Below are positions 15,401-28,899 of a DNA stretch of 64,000 nt, piece by piece. The stretch's first letter is position 1; each line of letters starts with the position of its first letter. The notes beneath the pieces are model-generated. The model was not told the DNA's origin. It was given only the letters and a program-made list of their open reading frames with translations, and did not search any database. The DNA is from the human T2T-CHM13v2.0 reference genome, Homo sapiens, in assembly GCF_009914755.1 (NCBI RefSeq), contig NC_060933.1; one strand, given 5' to 3'. Made by a program: the position numbers and the translations under genes.

Positions 15401-18400
15401 TTCCATTCCATTCCGGAAGATTCCATTCCATTGCATTCCATTCCATTCCATTCCATTCCATTCCATTCCATTCCATTCCATTGTACTTGGGTTGATTCCA
15501 TTCCATTGCATTCCATTCCATTCCATTCCATTCCATTCCATTCCATTCCGTTCCATTCCATTCCATTACATTCGGATTGATTCTTTTCAACTCCCTTACT
15601 CTCCATTACATTCCATTCCATTCGGGTTGTTCCATTCCATTCCATTCCATTCCACTCCATTCCATTGCACTCGGGTTGATTCCATTCCATTATATTCCAT
15701 TCCATTCCGGATGATTCCATTCCATTGCATTCCGTTCCATTACATTCCCCTGCACTCGGGTTGATTCCATTCCATTCCTTTCCATTCCATTCGATTCCAT
15801 TCCATTCCCCTGCACTCGCGTTGATTCCATTCCATTCCATTCCATTCCATTCCATTCCTTTCCGTTCCATTCCATTCCATTCCATTCCATTCCGTTCCGT
15901 TCCATTCCATTCCATTCCATTCTGTTCGGGTTAATTCCATTCCATTCCATTCGATTGCAATCGAGTTGATTCCATTCCATTCCATTCCATTCCATTCCAT
16001 TCCATTCCACTCCATTCCATTCCTTTCCATTCCATAACGGATGATTCCATTCCATTGCATTCCATTCCATTCCATTCACCTGTACTCGGGTTGATTCCAT
16101 TCCATTCCATTCCAATCCATGCCATTCCACTCGTGTTGATTCCATTCTTTCCATTCCATTCAAGTTGAATCTATTCCATTGCCTTCCATTCCATTCCATT
16201 CCCCTGCAGTCGGGTTGATTCCATTCCATTCCATTCCATTCCATTCCATTCCATTCCATTCCATTCCATTCCGTTCCGTTCCATTCCATTCCATTCCATT
16301 CTATTCGGGTTAATTCCATTCCATTCCATTCCATTGCATTCCAATCGAGTTGATTCCATTCCATTCCATTCCATTCCAGTCCATTCCAGTCCTTTCCATT
16401 CCATTCCACTCGGGTTGATTCCAATGTATTCCTTTCCATTCCTTTCCATTCCATTGCAATCGAGTTGATTCCATTGCTTTGCATTCCATTCCATTCCATT
16501 CCATTCCGGATGATTCCATTCCATTGCATTCCATTCCATTCCATTCCCCAGCACTCGGGTTGATTCCATTCCATTCCATTCCATTCCATTTCGTTCCATT
16601 CCATTCTATTCCGTATCATTCCATTCCATTCCATTCCATTCCATTCCATTCCATTGTACTCGGGTTGATTCAATTCCATTGCATTCCATTCCATTCCATT
16701 CCATTCCATTCCGTTGCATTCCATTCCATTATTTTCGGATTCATTCTATTCAACTCCCTTACTCTCCATTACATTCCATTCCATTCTGGTTGTTCCATTC
16801 CATTCCATTCCATTCCACTCCATTCCATTGCACTCGGGTTGATTCCATTCCATTCCATTCCATTCCATTCCATTCCGGATGATTCCATTCCATTGCATTC
16901 CTTTCCATTACATTCCCCTGCACTCGCGTTGATTCCATTGCGTTCCATTCCATTACATTCAATTCCATTCCATTTCAATTCGTTCCATTCCATTCTATTC
17001 CATACCATTCCATTCCATTCCATACAATTCCATTCCATTCCATTCCATTCAATTCCGTTCCATTCCGTTCCATTGCATTCCATTCCATTCTATTCGGATT
17101 AATTCCATTCCATTCCATTCCATTCCATTCTATTCCATTCCATTGCAATCGAGTTGACTCCATTGCATTTCATTCCATTCCATTCCATTCCATTCCATTC
17201 CGGAAGATTCCATTCCATTGCATTCCATTCCATTCCATTCCCCTGCACTCGCGTTGATTCCATTCCATTCCATTCCGTTCCATTCCATTCCATTCCATTC
17301 CATTCCATTCCATTCCGTTCCGTTCCATTCCATTCCATTCCATTCTATCCGGGTTAATTCCATTCCATTCCATTCGATTGCAATCGATTTGATTCCTTTC
17401 CATTCCATTCCACTCCATTCCATTCCATTCCATTCCATTCCATTCCATTCCATTCCTTTACATTCCATTGCGGTTGATTTCATTCCATTGCATTCCATTC
17501 CATTCCATTCCCCTGTACTCGGGTTGATTCCATTCCATCCCATTCCAATCCATGCCATTCCACTCGTGTTGATTCCATTCTTTCCATTCCATTCAAGTTG
17601 AATCCATTCCATTGCATTCCATTCCATTCGATTCCATTTGATTGCACTCGGGTTGATTCCATTCCATTGCATTCCATTCCATTCCATTCCATTCCATTCC
17701 ATTCCATTCCGTTCCATTCCATTCCATTACATTCGGATTGATTCTATTCAATTCCCTTACACTCCATTACATTCCATTCGGGTAGTTTCCATTGCATTCC
17801 ATTCCATTTCTCTCCATTCCATTGCACTCGGGTTGATTCCATTCCATTGCATTCCATTCCATTCCATTCAATTCCATTCCGTTCCATTCCATTCCATTAC
17901 ATTCGGATTGATTCTATTCAGCTCCCTTACTCTCCATTACATTCCATTCCATTCGGGTTGTTCCATTCCATTCCATTCCATTCCACTCCATTCCATTGCA
18001 ATCGGGTTGATTCCATTCAATTCCATTCCATTCCATTCCATTCCATTCCGGAAGATTCCATTCCATTGCATTCCATTCCATTCCATTCTCCTGCACTCGC
18101 GTTGATTCCATTCCATTCCATTCTATTCCATTCCATTCCCTTCCTTTCCGTTCCATTCCATTCCATTCCATTCCATTCCATTCCGTTCCGTTCCGTTCCA
18201 TTCCATTCCATTCCATTCTATTCGGGTTAATTCCACTCCATTCCATTCGATTGCAATCGAGTTGATTCCATTCCATTCCATTCCATTCCATTCCATTCCT
18301 TTCCATTCCATTACGGATGATTCCATTCCATTGCATTCCATTCCATTCCATTCCGCTGTACTCGGGTTGATTCCATTCCATTACATTCCAATCCATGCCA

Positions 18401-18500
18401 TTCCACTCGTGTTGATTCCATTCTTTCCATTCCATTCAAGTTGAATCCATTCCATTGCATTCCATTCCATTCGATTCCATTCGATTGCACTCGGGTTGAT
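6475..18500 (+). repeat. ~3953-bp higher-order repeat, ~3 tandem copies (~6475-10490, ~10491-14443, ~14444-18500)
   Basis: Matching ORFs at offset 3953 (8773/12726/16679, 9682/13635, 10450/14403, 11737/15690). Marker TTACATTCAGATTG occurs at 6561, 10574 and 14527. Copies are near-identical from ~8700 to ~17290 and more diverged at both ends. Confidence 0.92.
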
Positions 18501-21500
18501 TCCATTCCACTGCATTCCATTCCATTCCATTCCATTTCATTCCATTCCATTCCGTTCCATTCCATTCCATTACATTCGGATTGATTCTATTCAATTCCCT
18601 TAGACTCCATTACATTCCATTCCATTCGGGTAGTTTCCTTTCCATTCCATTCCATTTGTCTCCATTCCATTGAACTCGGGTTGATTCCATTCCATTCCAT
18701 TCCATTCCATTCCATTCAATTCCATTCCGTTCCATTCCATTCCATTACATTCGGATTGATTCTATTCAACTCCCTTACTCTCCATTACATTCCATTCCAT
18801 TCGGGTTGTTCCATTCCATTCCATTCCATTTCACTCCATTCCATTGCACTCGGGTTTATTCCATTCCATTCCATTCCATTCCATTCCATTCCATTCCATT
18901 CCGGAAGATTCCATTCCATTGCATTCCATTCCATTCCATTGCCCTGCACTCGCGTTGATTCCATTCCATTCCATTCCATTCCATTCCATTCCATTCCATT
19001 CCATTCCATTCCTTTCCGTTCCATTCCATTCCATTCCATTCCATTCCAATCCATTCCATTCCGTTCCGTTCCATTCCATTCCATTCCATTCCATTCTATT
19101 CGGGTTAATTCCATTCCATTCCGTTCAATTGCAATCGAGTTGATTCCATTCCATTCCATTCCATTCCATTCCATTCCTTTCCATTCCATTACGGATAATT
19201 CCATTCCATTGCATTCCATTCCATTCCATTCCTCTGTACTCGGGTTGATTCCATTCCATTCCATTCCAATCCATGCCATTCCACTCGTGTTGATTCCATT
19301 CTTTCCATTTCATTCAAGTTGAATCCATTCCTTTGCATTCCATTCCATTCCATTCCCCTGCAGTCGGGTTGTTTCCATTCCATTCCATTCCATTCCCCTG
19401 CTGTCGGGTTGTTTCCATTCCATTCCATTCCATTCCATTCCATTCCATTCCGTTCCGTTCCATTCCATTCCATTCCATTCTATTCGGTTTAATTCCATTC
19501 CATTCCATTCCATTCCATTCCATTCCATTCCAATCGAGTTGATTCCATTCCATTCCATTCCATTCCATTCCACTCCATTCCAGTCCTTTCCATTCCATTC
19601 CACTCGGGTTGATTCCAATGTATTCCTTTCCATTCCATTCCATTCCATTGCAATCGAGTTGATTCCATTGCTTTGCATTCCATTCCATTCCATTCCATTC
19701 CGGATGATTCCATTCCATTGCATTCCATTCCATTCCATTCCCCTGCACTCGGGTTGATTCCATTCCATTCCACTCCATTCCGTTGCATTCCATTCCATTG
19801 CATTGTATTCGGGTTAATTCCATTCCATTCCATTCCATTCCATTCCAGTCCATTCCATTACAATCGAGTTGATTCCATTCCATTCCATTCCATTCCAGTC
19901 CTTTCCATTCCATTCCACTCGGGTTGATTCCATTCTATTAGTTTCCATTCCATTCCATTCCCTTCCATTCCACTCTGGTTGATTCCATTCCTTTCCATTC
20001 CACTCGAATACATTCCCTCCTATTCCACTGGGAACGATTCCATTCCATTCCATTCCATTCCATTCCATTCCATTCCATTCCATTCCATTTCGTTCCATTG
20101 TATTCTATTCCGTGTCCTTCCATTCCATTCCATTCCATTCCATTCCCCTGCAGTCGGGTTGTTTCCATTCCATTCCATTCCCTTCCATTCCATTCCATTC
20201 CATTCCATTCCGATCCGTTCCATTCCATTCCATTCCATTCTATTCGGGTTAATTCCATTCCATTCCATTCCATTCCATTCCATTCCATTCCATTCTATTC
20301 GGGTTAATTCCATTCCATTCCATTGCATTCCATTCCATTCCATTCCTCTCCATTCCATTGCACTCGGGTTGATTCCATTCCATTCCATTCCATTCCATTC
20401 CATTCCATTCCATTCCATTACATTACATTCCATTCCGTTCCTTTGTACTCGGGTTGATTCCATTCCATTGCATTCCATTCCATTCCATTCCATTCCATTC
20501 CATTCCATTCCCTTCCATTCCATTCCGTTCCATTCCATTACATTCGGATTGATTCAATTCAACTCCCTTACTCTCCATTACATTCCATTCCATTCGGGTT
20601 GTTCCATTCCATTCCATTCCATTCCACTCCATTCCATTGCGCTCGGGTTGATTCCTTTCCATTCCATTCCATTCCATTCCATTCCATTCCATTCCATTCC
20701 ATTCCGGATGATTCCATTCCATTGCATTCCGTCCCATTACATTCCCTTGCACTCGGGTTGATTCCAATCCATTCCATTCCATTCCATTCCATTCGATTCC
20801 ATTCCATTCCAATTCTTTCCATTCCATTCTATTCCGTACCATTCCATTCCATTCCATACAATTCCATTCCATTCCATTCCACTCCGTTCCGTTCCTTTCC
20901 GTTCTGTTCCGTTCCATTCCATTCCATTCCATTCTATTCGGTTTAATTCCATTCCATTCCATTCCATTCCATTCCATTCTATTCCATTCCATTGCAATCG
21001 AGTTGAATCCATTGCATTCCATTCCATTCCATTCCATTCCATTCCATTCCGGAAGATTCCATTCCATTGCATTCCATTCCATTCCATTCCATTCCATTCC
21101 ATTCCATTCCATTCCATTCCATTCCATTGTACTCGGGTTGATTCCATTCCATTGCATTCCATTCCATTCCATTCCATTCCGTTCCATTCCATTCCATTAC
21201 ATTCGGATTGATTCTTTTCAACTCCCTTACTCTCCATTACATTCCATTCCATTCGGGTTGTTCAATTCCATTCCATTCCATTCCACTCCATTCCATTGCA
21301 CTCGGGTTGATTCCATTCCATTCCATTCCGGATGATTCCATTCCATTGCATTCCGTTCCATTACATTCCCCTGCACTCGGGTTGATTCCATTCCATTCCT
21401 TTCCATTCCATTCGATTCCATTCCATTCCCCTGCACGCGCGTTAATTCCATTCCATTCCATTCCATTCCATTCCATTCCATTCCATTCCATTCCATTCCT

Positions 21501-24500
21501 TTCCGTTCCATTCCATTCCATTCCATTCCATTCCGTTCCGTTCCATACCATTCCATTCCATTCTATTCGGGTTAATTCCATTCCATTCCATTCGATTGCA
21601 ATCGAGTTGATTCCATTCCATTCCATACCATTCGATTGCAATCGAGTTGATTCCATTCCATTCCATTACATTCCATTCCATTCCAGTCCTTTCCATTCCT
21701 TTCCATTCCATTACTAATGATTCCATTCTATTGCATTCCATTCCATTCCATTCCCCTGTACTCGGGTTGATTCCATTCCATTCCATTCCAATCCATGCCA
21801 TTCCACTCGTGTTGATTCCATTCTTTCCTTTCCATTCAAGTTGAATCCATTCCATTGCATTCCATTCCATTCGATTCCATTCGATTGCACTCGGGTTGAT
21901 TCCATTCCATTGCATTCCATTCCATTCCATTCCATTCCGTTCCATTCCATTTCATTACATTCAGATTGATTCTATTCCATTCCCTTACACTCCAATATAT
22001 TCCAATCCATTCTGGTTGTTTCCATTCCATTCCATTCCATTTCACTCCATTCCATTGCACTCGGGTTGATTCCATTCCATTCCATTCCATTGCATTCCAT
22101 TCCATTCCATTCCGGATGATTCCATTCCATTGCATTCCATTCCATTCCATTCGCCTGCACTCGGGTTGATTCCATTTCATTCCATTCCATTACATTCCGT
22201 TCCATTCCATTCCATTCCATTCGGATTGATTCTATTCAATTCCCTTACGCTCCATTACATTCCATTCCATTCGGGTAGTTTCCATTCCATTCCATTCCAT
22301 TCCTCTCCATTCCATTACACTCGGGTTGATTCCATTCCATTCCATTCCATTCCATTCCATTCCATTCCATTCCGTTCCGGATGATTCCATTCCATTGCAT
22401 TCCGTTCTATTACATTCCCCTGCACTCTGGTTGATTCCATTCCATTCCACTCCATTCCGTACCATTCCATTCCATTCCATTCCATTGTATTCGGGTTAAT
22501 TCCATTCCATTTCATTCCATTCCATTCCATTCCATTGCAATCGAGTTGATTCCATTCCATTTCATTCCATTCCATTCCATTACATTCCATTCCAATCGTG
22601 TTGATTCCATTCCATTTCATTCCATTCCATTCCATTCCATTCCATTCCATTCCAGTCCTTTCCATTCCATTCCACTCGGGTTGATTCCATTCTATTAGTT
22701 TCCATTCCATTCCATTCTCTTCCATTCCACTCTGGGTGATTCCATTCCTTTCCATTCCACTCGAATACATTCCCTCCTATTCTACTCGGAACGATTCCAT
22801 TCCATTCCATTCCATTCCATTCCATTCCATTCCATTCCATTCCATTCCAATTCTTTCCATTCCATTCTGTTCCGTATCATTCCATTCCATTCCATTCCAT
22901 TCCCTTCCATTCCATTCCATTACATTCCACTCGTGTTGATTCCATTCCTTTCCATTCCATTCGGTTTGAAGGCATTCCATTCCATTCCATTCCATTCCAT
23001 TCCATTCTATTGTACTCGGGTTGATTCCATTCCATTGCATTCCATTCCATTCCAATCCGTTGCATTCCATTCCATTACATTCGGATTGATTCTATTCAAC
23101 TCCATTACTCTCCATTACATTCCATTCCATTCGGGTTGTTCCATTCCATTCCATTCCATTCCACTCCATTCCATTGCACTCGGGTTGGTTGCATTCCATT
23201 CCATTCCATTCCGGATGATTCCGTTCCATTGCATTCCGTTCCATTACATTCCCCTGAACTCGCGTTGATTCCATTCCATTCCATTCCATTCCATTGCATT
23301 GTACTCGAGTTGATTCCATTCCATTGCATTCAATTTCATTCCATTCCATTCCATTGTACTCGAGTAGATTCCATTCCATTGCATTCCATTCCATTCCATT
23401 CCATTCCATTCCGTTGCATTCCATTCCATTACATTCGGATTGATTCTATTCAACTCCCTTACTCTCCATTACATTCCATTCCATTCGGGTTGTTCCATTC
23501 CATTCCATTCCATTCCACTCCATTCCATTGCACTCGGGTTGATTCCATTCCATTCCATTCCATTCCACTCGTGTTGATTCCTTTCCTTTCCATTCCATTC
23601 GGTTTGAAGGCATTCCATTCCATTCCATTCCATTCCATTCCATTCCATTCTATTGTACTCGGGTTGATTCCATTCCATTGCATTCCATTCCATTCCAATC
23701 CGTTGCATTCCATTCCATTACATTCGGATTGATTCTATTCAACTCCCTTAGTCTCCATTACATTCCATTCCATTCGGGTTGTTCCATTCCATTCCATTCC
23801 ATACCACTCCATTCCATTGCACTCGGGTTGATTGCATTCCATTCCATTCCATTCCATTCCATTCCGGATGATTCCGTTCCATTGCATTCCGTTCCATTAC
23901 ATTCCCCTGCACTCGCGTTGATTCCATTCCATTCCATTCCATTCCATTCCATTCCATTCCATTCCATTCCATTCCGTTCCATTCCGTTCCATTCCATTCC
24001 ATTCCCTTCTATTCGGGTTAATTCCATTCCATTCCATTCCAATCTATTCCATTCCATTGCAATCGAGTTGAATCCATTGCATTTCATTCCATTCCATTCC
24101 ATTCCATTCCATTCCATTGCAATCGAGTTGAATCCATTGCATTTCATTCCATTCCATTCCATTCCATTCCATTCCGGAAGATTCCATTCCATTGCATTCC
24201 ATTCCATTCCATTCCCCTGCACTCGCGTTGATTCCATTCCATTCCATTCCATTCCATTCCATTCCGTTCCGTTCCGTTCCATTTCATTCCATTCCATTCC
24301 ATTCCATTCCGTTCCGTTCCATTCCATTCCATTCCATTCTATTCGGGTTAATTCCATTCCATTCCATTCGATTGCAATCGAGTTGATTCCATTCCATTCC
24401 ATTCCATTCCGTTCCGGATGATTCCATTCTATTGCATTCCATTCCATTCCATTCCCCTGCAGTCGGGTTGATTCCATTCCATTCCATTCCATTCCATTCC

Positions 24501-27500
24501 GTTCCATTCCATTCCATTCCATTCTATTCGGGTTAATTCCATTCCATTCCTTTCCATTCCATTCCATTCCATTCCAATCGAGTTGATTCCATTCCATTCC
24601 ATTCCATTCCATTCCACTCCATTCCAGTCCTTTCCATTCCATTACACTCGGGTTGATTCCGTTCTATTCCTTTCCATTCCATTCCATTCCATTGCAATCG
24701 AGTTGATTCCATTGCTTTGCATTCCATTCCATTCCATTCCATTCCGGATGATTCCATTCCATTGCATTCCATTCCATTCCATTCCCCTGCACTCGGGTTG
24801 ATTCCATTCCATTCCACTCCATTCCGTTCCATTCTAGTCCATTCCATTGTATTCGGGTTAATTCCATTCCATTCCATTCCATTCCATTCCATTACAATGT
24901 AGTTGATTCCATTCAATTCCATTCCATTCAATTCCATTCCAGTCCTTTCCATTCCATTCCACTCGGGTTGATTCCATTCTATTAGTTTCCATTCCATTCC
25001 ATTCCCTTCCATTCCAATCTGGTTGATTCCATTCCTTTCCATTCCACTCGAATACATTCCCTCCTATTCCACTCAGAACGATTCCATTCCATTCCATTCC
25101 ATTCCATTCCATTCCATTCCATTCCAGTTCGTTCCATTCCATTGTATTCCGTACCATTCTATTCCATTCCATTCCTTTCCATTCCATTCCATTCCACTCG
25201 TGGTGATTCCATTCCTTTCCATTCCATTCGGTTTGAAGGCATTCCATTCCATTCAATTCCATTCCATTCCATTCCATTCCATTCCATTCCATTCCATTCC
25301 ATTGCATTGTACTCGAGTTGATTCCATTCCATTGCATTCAATTCCATTCCATTCCATTCCATTGTACTCGAGTTGATTCCATTCCATTGCATTCCATTCC
25401 ATTCCATTCCATTCCATTCCGTTGCATTCCATTCCATTACATTCGGATTGATTCTATTCAACTCCCTTACTCTCCATTACATTCCATTCCATTCGGGTTG
25501 TTCCATTCCATTCCATTCCATTCCACTCCATTCCATTGAACTCGGGTTGATTCCATTCCATTCCATTCCATTCCATTCCATTCCGGGTGATTCCATTCCA
25601 TTGCATTCCGTTCCATTACATTCCCCTGCACTCGCGTTGATTCCATTCCATTCCATTCCATTCCATTCCATTCAATTCCATTCCATTGCAATTCGTTCCA
25701 TTCCATTCTATTCCGTACCATTCCATTCCATTACATACCATTCCATTCCGTTCCGTTCTGTTCCTTTCCATTCCATTCCATTCTATTCGGATTAATTCCA
25801 TTCCATTCCATTCCATTCCATTCTATTCCATTCCATTGCAATCGAGTTGAATCCATTGCATTTCATTCCATTCCATTCCATTCCATTCCATTCCGGAAGA
25901 TTCCATTCCATTGCATTCCATTCCATTCCATTCCCCTGCACTCGCGTTGATTCCATTCCATTCCATTCCATTCCATTCCATTCCATTCCGTTCCGTTCAA
26001 TTCCATTCCATTCCATTCCATTCCATTCCATTCCATTCCATTCCGTTCCATTCCATTCCATTCCATTCTATTCGGGTTAATTCCATTCCATTCCATTCGA
26101 TTGCAATCGAGTTGATTCCATTCCATTCCATTCCATTCCATTCCATTCCATTCCATTTCATTCCATTCCATTCTATTCCGTACCATTCTATTCCATCCCA
26201 TTCCATTCCGTTCCATTCCATGCCATTACACTCGGGTTGAATCCATTCCTTGCCATTCCATTCTTGTTGAATCCATTCCATTCCATTCCATTCCATTCGA
26301 ATCCATTCCATTGCACTCGGGTTGATTCCATGCCATTCCATTCCATTCCAGTCCTTTCCATTCCATTCCACTCGGGTTGATTCCATTCTATTAGTTTCCA
26401 TTCCATTCCATTCTCTTCCATTCCACTCTGGGTGATTCCATTCCTTTCCATTCCACTCGAATACATTCCCTCCTATTCCACTCGGAACGATTCCATTCCA
26501 TTCCATTCCATTCCATTCCATTCCATTCCATTCCATTTCGTTCCATTACATTCTATTCCGTATCATTCCATTCCATTCCATTCCATTCCATTCCATTCCA
26601 TTCCACTCGTGTTGATTCCATTCCTTTCCATTCCATTCGGTTTGAAGGCATTCCATTCCATTCCATTCCATTCCATTCCATTCCATTCCATTCCATTCCA
26701 TTCCATTGTACTCGGGTTGATTCCATTCCATTGCATTCCATCCCATTCCATTCCATTCCAATCCGTTGCATTCCATTCCATTACATTCGGATTTATTCTA
26801 TTCAACTCCCTTACTCTCCATTACATTCCATTCCATTCGGGTTGTTCCATTCCATTCCATTCCATTCCACTCCATTCCATTGCACTCGGGTTAATTCCAT
26901 TCCTTTCCATTCCATTCCGGATGATTCCATTCCATTGCATTCCGTTCCATTACATTCCCCTGCACTCGCGTTGATTCCATTCCATTCCATTCCATTCCAT
27001 TCCATTCAATTCCATGCCATTACAATTCGTTCCATTCCATTCTATTACGTACCATTCCATTCCATTCCATACCATTCCATTCCATTCCATTCCATTCCAT
27101 TCCATTTCGTTCCATTCCGTTCCATTCCATTCCATTCCATTCTATTCGGGTTAATTCCATTCCATTCCATTCCATTCCATTCCATTCCATTCCATTCCAT
27201 TCCATTCCAATCTATTCCATTCCATTGCAATCGAGTTGAATCCATTGCATTTCATTCCATTCCATTCCATTCCATTCCATTGCAATCGAGTTGAATCCAT
27301 TGCATTTCATTCCATTCCATTCCATTCCATTCCATTCCATTCCGGAAGATTCCATTCCATTGCATTCCATTCCATTCCATTCCCCTGCACTCGCGTAGAT
27401 TCCATTCCATTCCATTCCATTCCATTCCATTCCATTCCGTTCCGTTCCGTTCCGTTCCATTTCATTCCATTCCATTCCATTCCATTCCATTCCATTCCGT

Positions 27501-28899
27501 TCCGTTCCATTCCATTCCATTCCATTCTATTCGGGTTAATTCCATTCCATTCCATTCGATTGCAATCGAGTTGATTCCATTCCATTCCATTCCATTCCAT
27601 TCCATTCCATTCCAATCGAGTTGATTCCATTCCATTCCATTCCATTCCAATCCACTCCATTCCAGTCCTTTCCATTCCATTCCACTCGGGTTGATTCCAT
27701 TCTATTCCTTTCCATTCCATTCCATTCCATTGCAATCGAGTTGATTCCATTGCTTTGCATTCCATTCCATTCCATTCCATTCCGAATGATTCCATTCCAT
27801 TGCATTCCATTCCATTCCATTTCCCTGCACTCGGGTTGATTCCATTCCATTCCACTCCATTCCCTTCCATTCCATTCCATTCCATTGTATTCGAGTTATT
27901 TCCATTCCATGCCGTTTCATTCCATTCCATTCCATTCCATTCCATTCTATTACAATCGAGTTGATCATTCCATTCCATTCCATTCCAGTCCTTTCCATTC
28001 CATTCCACTCGGGTTGATTCCATTCTATTAGTTTCCATTCCATTCCATTCCCTTCCATTCCACTCTGGTTGATTCCATTCCTTTCCATTCCACTCGAATA
28101 CATTCCCTCCTATTCCACTCGGAACGATTCCATTCCAATCCTTTCCATTCCATTCCATTCCATTCCATTCCATTTCCTTCCATTCCATTCTATTCCGTAC
28201 TATTCCATTCCATTCCATTCCATTTCCTTCCATTCCATTCTATTCCGTACCATTCCATTCCATTCCATTCCTTTCCATTCCATTCCATTCCATTCCACTC
28301 TTGTTGATTCCATTCCTTTCCATTCCATTCGGTTTGAAGGCATTCCATTCCATTCAATTCCATTCCATTCCATTCCATTCCATTCCATTCCATTCCATTC
28401 CATTCCATTGTACTCGGGTTGATTCCATTCCATTTCATTCCATTCCATTCCATTCCATTCCATTCCATTCCGTTGCATTCCATTCCATTACATTCGGACT
28501 GATTCTATTCAACTGTCTTACTCTCCATTCCATTCCATTCCATTCGGGTTGTTCCATTCCATTCCATTCCATTCCACTCCATTCCATTGCACTCGGGTTG
28601 ATTCCATTCCATTCCATTCCATACCATTCCATTCCATTCCATTCCATTCCATTCCATTCCGTTCCATTCCGTTCCATTCCATTCCATTCCATTCCATTCC
28701 ATTCCGTTCCATTCCATTCCATTACATTCGGATTGATTCTATTCAATTCCCTTACACTCCACTACATTCCATTCCATTCGGGTAGTTTCCATTCCATTCC
28801 TCTCCATTCCATTGCACTCGGGTTGATTCCATTCCTTTCCATTCCATTCCGGAAGATTCCATTCCATTGCATTCCATTACATTCCATTCCCCTACACTC

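Noticed and set aside
6475-18500. DYZ1 (Yq12) repeat unit
   Set aside because: The periods here (3953, 3081, 5998, 1072) are local and do not match a uniform ~3.56-kb unit.
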